Under the pieces are notes generated by a model. That model did no database searches and was not told where the DNA came from. It saw nothing but the letters and a program-made list of their open reading frames with translations. The position numbers and the translations under genes are program-made. Of a stretch of DNA of 64,000 nucleotides, positions 63,026-64,000 are shown piece by piece; position 1 is the first letter of the stretch, and each line of letters opens with the position of its first letter. This DNA comes from Octopus bimaculoides (lineage: Eukaryota): assembly GCF_001194135.2 (NCBI RefSeq), contig NC_068981.1:166106780-166170779 (forward strand), written 5' to 3'.

Positions 63026-63468
63026 AGCACCCATGCCAGTGGAGCGCTAACAGCACTGTCCGAGCGTGATCATTGGCAGAGCAGCTGTCTGGCTTCCATG
63101 CTGGTGGCACATAAAAAACACCATTTGAGCATCATCATTACCAACATTGCCTTATTGACATTTGTGCCGAAAAAACATTCAAACGAGGTCGTTGTCAGTG
63201 CTGCTGGACTGGCTCCTGTGCAGGTGACACATAAAAGACACCATTTGAGTATGACCGTTGCCAGTACCGCCTGACTGGCCCTCGTGCCGGTGGCATGTAA
63301 AAGCACCCACTATACTCTCAGAGTGGTTGGCGTCAGGAAGGGCATCCAGCTATAGAAACTCTGCCAGATCAGATTGGAGACTGGTGCAGCCATCTGGTTC
63401 GCCAGTCCTCAGTCAAATCGTCCAACCCATGCTAGCATGGAAAGAGGACGTTAAATGATGTTGATGAT
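63026..63468 (+). mobile_element. RTE 3'-end repeat copy, longest internal unit array in the window
   Basis: Same consensus. Its 5' part also occurs inverted at ~21030-21150. Confidence 0.85.
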
Positions 63469-63469
63469 C

Positions 63470-63504
<35 letters not shown>

Positions 63505-63790
63505 AACTTACTTTTCTTACAGGCCTCTGCCACTGCCTGCAGAATCACATTCTGGTCCTGTTCTACTTTTGTCACTATCCTGGCACATATCTCTGCATCT
63601 TTGCTTGCAGTTAACCCTTGAACAAAAATTAGACATTTAAACATGTCCAGGGTTAATCCTTTCAGTTTGAATTTTTTGCATACTTGATTGACAATTCTGG
63701 CATAGGTGATGAAATCTTCAACATCTTTTTCTACTAAATTCAAACACTCCCAGCAAGTATTGAACAGGGAACGTCTCTCACTGAAAATTT
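63505..63790 (-). mobile_element. Ty3/Gypsy gag-like fragment
   Basis: ORF 63432-63743 (CLNL....EDF.TYA..VN..C..FKL..LT.D.FKCLIFVQGL...KDAEI..R...K.E) resembles lophotrochozoan Gypsy gag regions. Truncated by a (GA)n tract. Confidence 0.7.
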
Positions 63791-64000
63791 TGTAATTTTG
63801 TAATTTTGTATTTTCCTAAGAAGATTTTAGTCCACATCCTTGTATGGAAGTTTGTGAATGAATCAACAAGTAGAAAAATCTAACAAGGGGAGGTAATTGC
63901 TCATTTTGGGTGGTGGGGATAAATAAATATAACAAAAACTCAAAAGCTGAAGTAGTGAAATGAAATATGCACAGTGATGGGTATGTGATCATGAATTAAA

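Overview
AT-rich, repeat-dense animal genomic DNA with several N gaps. The repeat families suggest an octopus or other coleoid cephalopod, which is an inference. The window holds one protein-coding gene, ASPM (abnormal spindle-like microcephaly-associated / Asp), on the minus strand. I reconstructed it by hand as 24 coding exons from an ATG at 39629 to a TAA at 1720, plus a probable non-coding first exon ending at 43712. Splice phases are mutually consistent, and the protein shows the expected order: disordered N-terminus, CH1, CH2, IQ array, ARM/HEAT-like C-terminal region. Unusual points in this ASPM are: (1) a ~2.2 kb phase-0 exon between CH2 and the IQ array encoding a non-canonical acidic insert with a 33/36-bp tandem repeat (QNGSTDDHRVLP)n; (2) no visible N-terminal ASH domain; (3) only about 33-35 IQ motifs, whose spacing switches from 27-23-23 to 27-23; (4) a GC-AG intron. 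The introns and the upstream 20 kb contain RTE, L1/Tx1, CR1-like and R4/Dong-like LINE remnants, a Gypsy gag fragment, mariner remnants, mariner/hAT/piggyBac MITEs, two tRNA-type SINE families and microsatellites. A near-canonical minimal hammerhead ribozyme motif lies at 34002-34041, next to an assembly gap. No CRISPR array, rRNA or genuine tRNA gene was seen.
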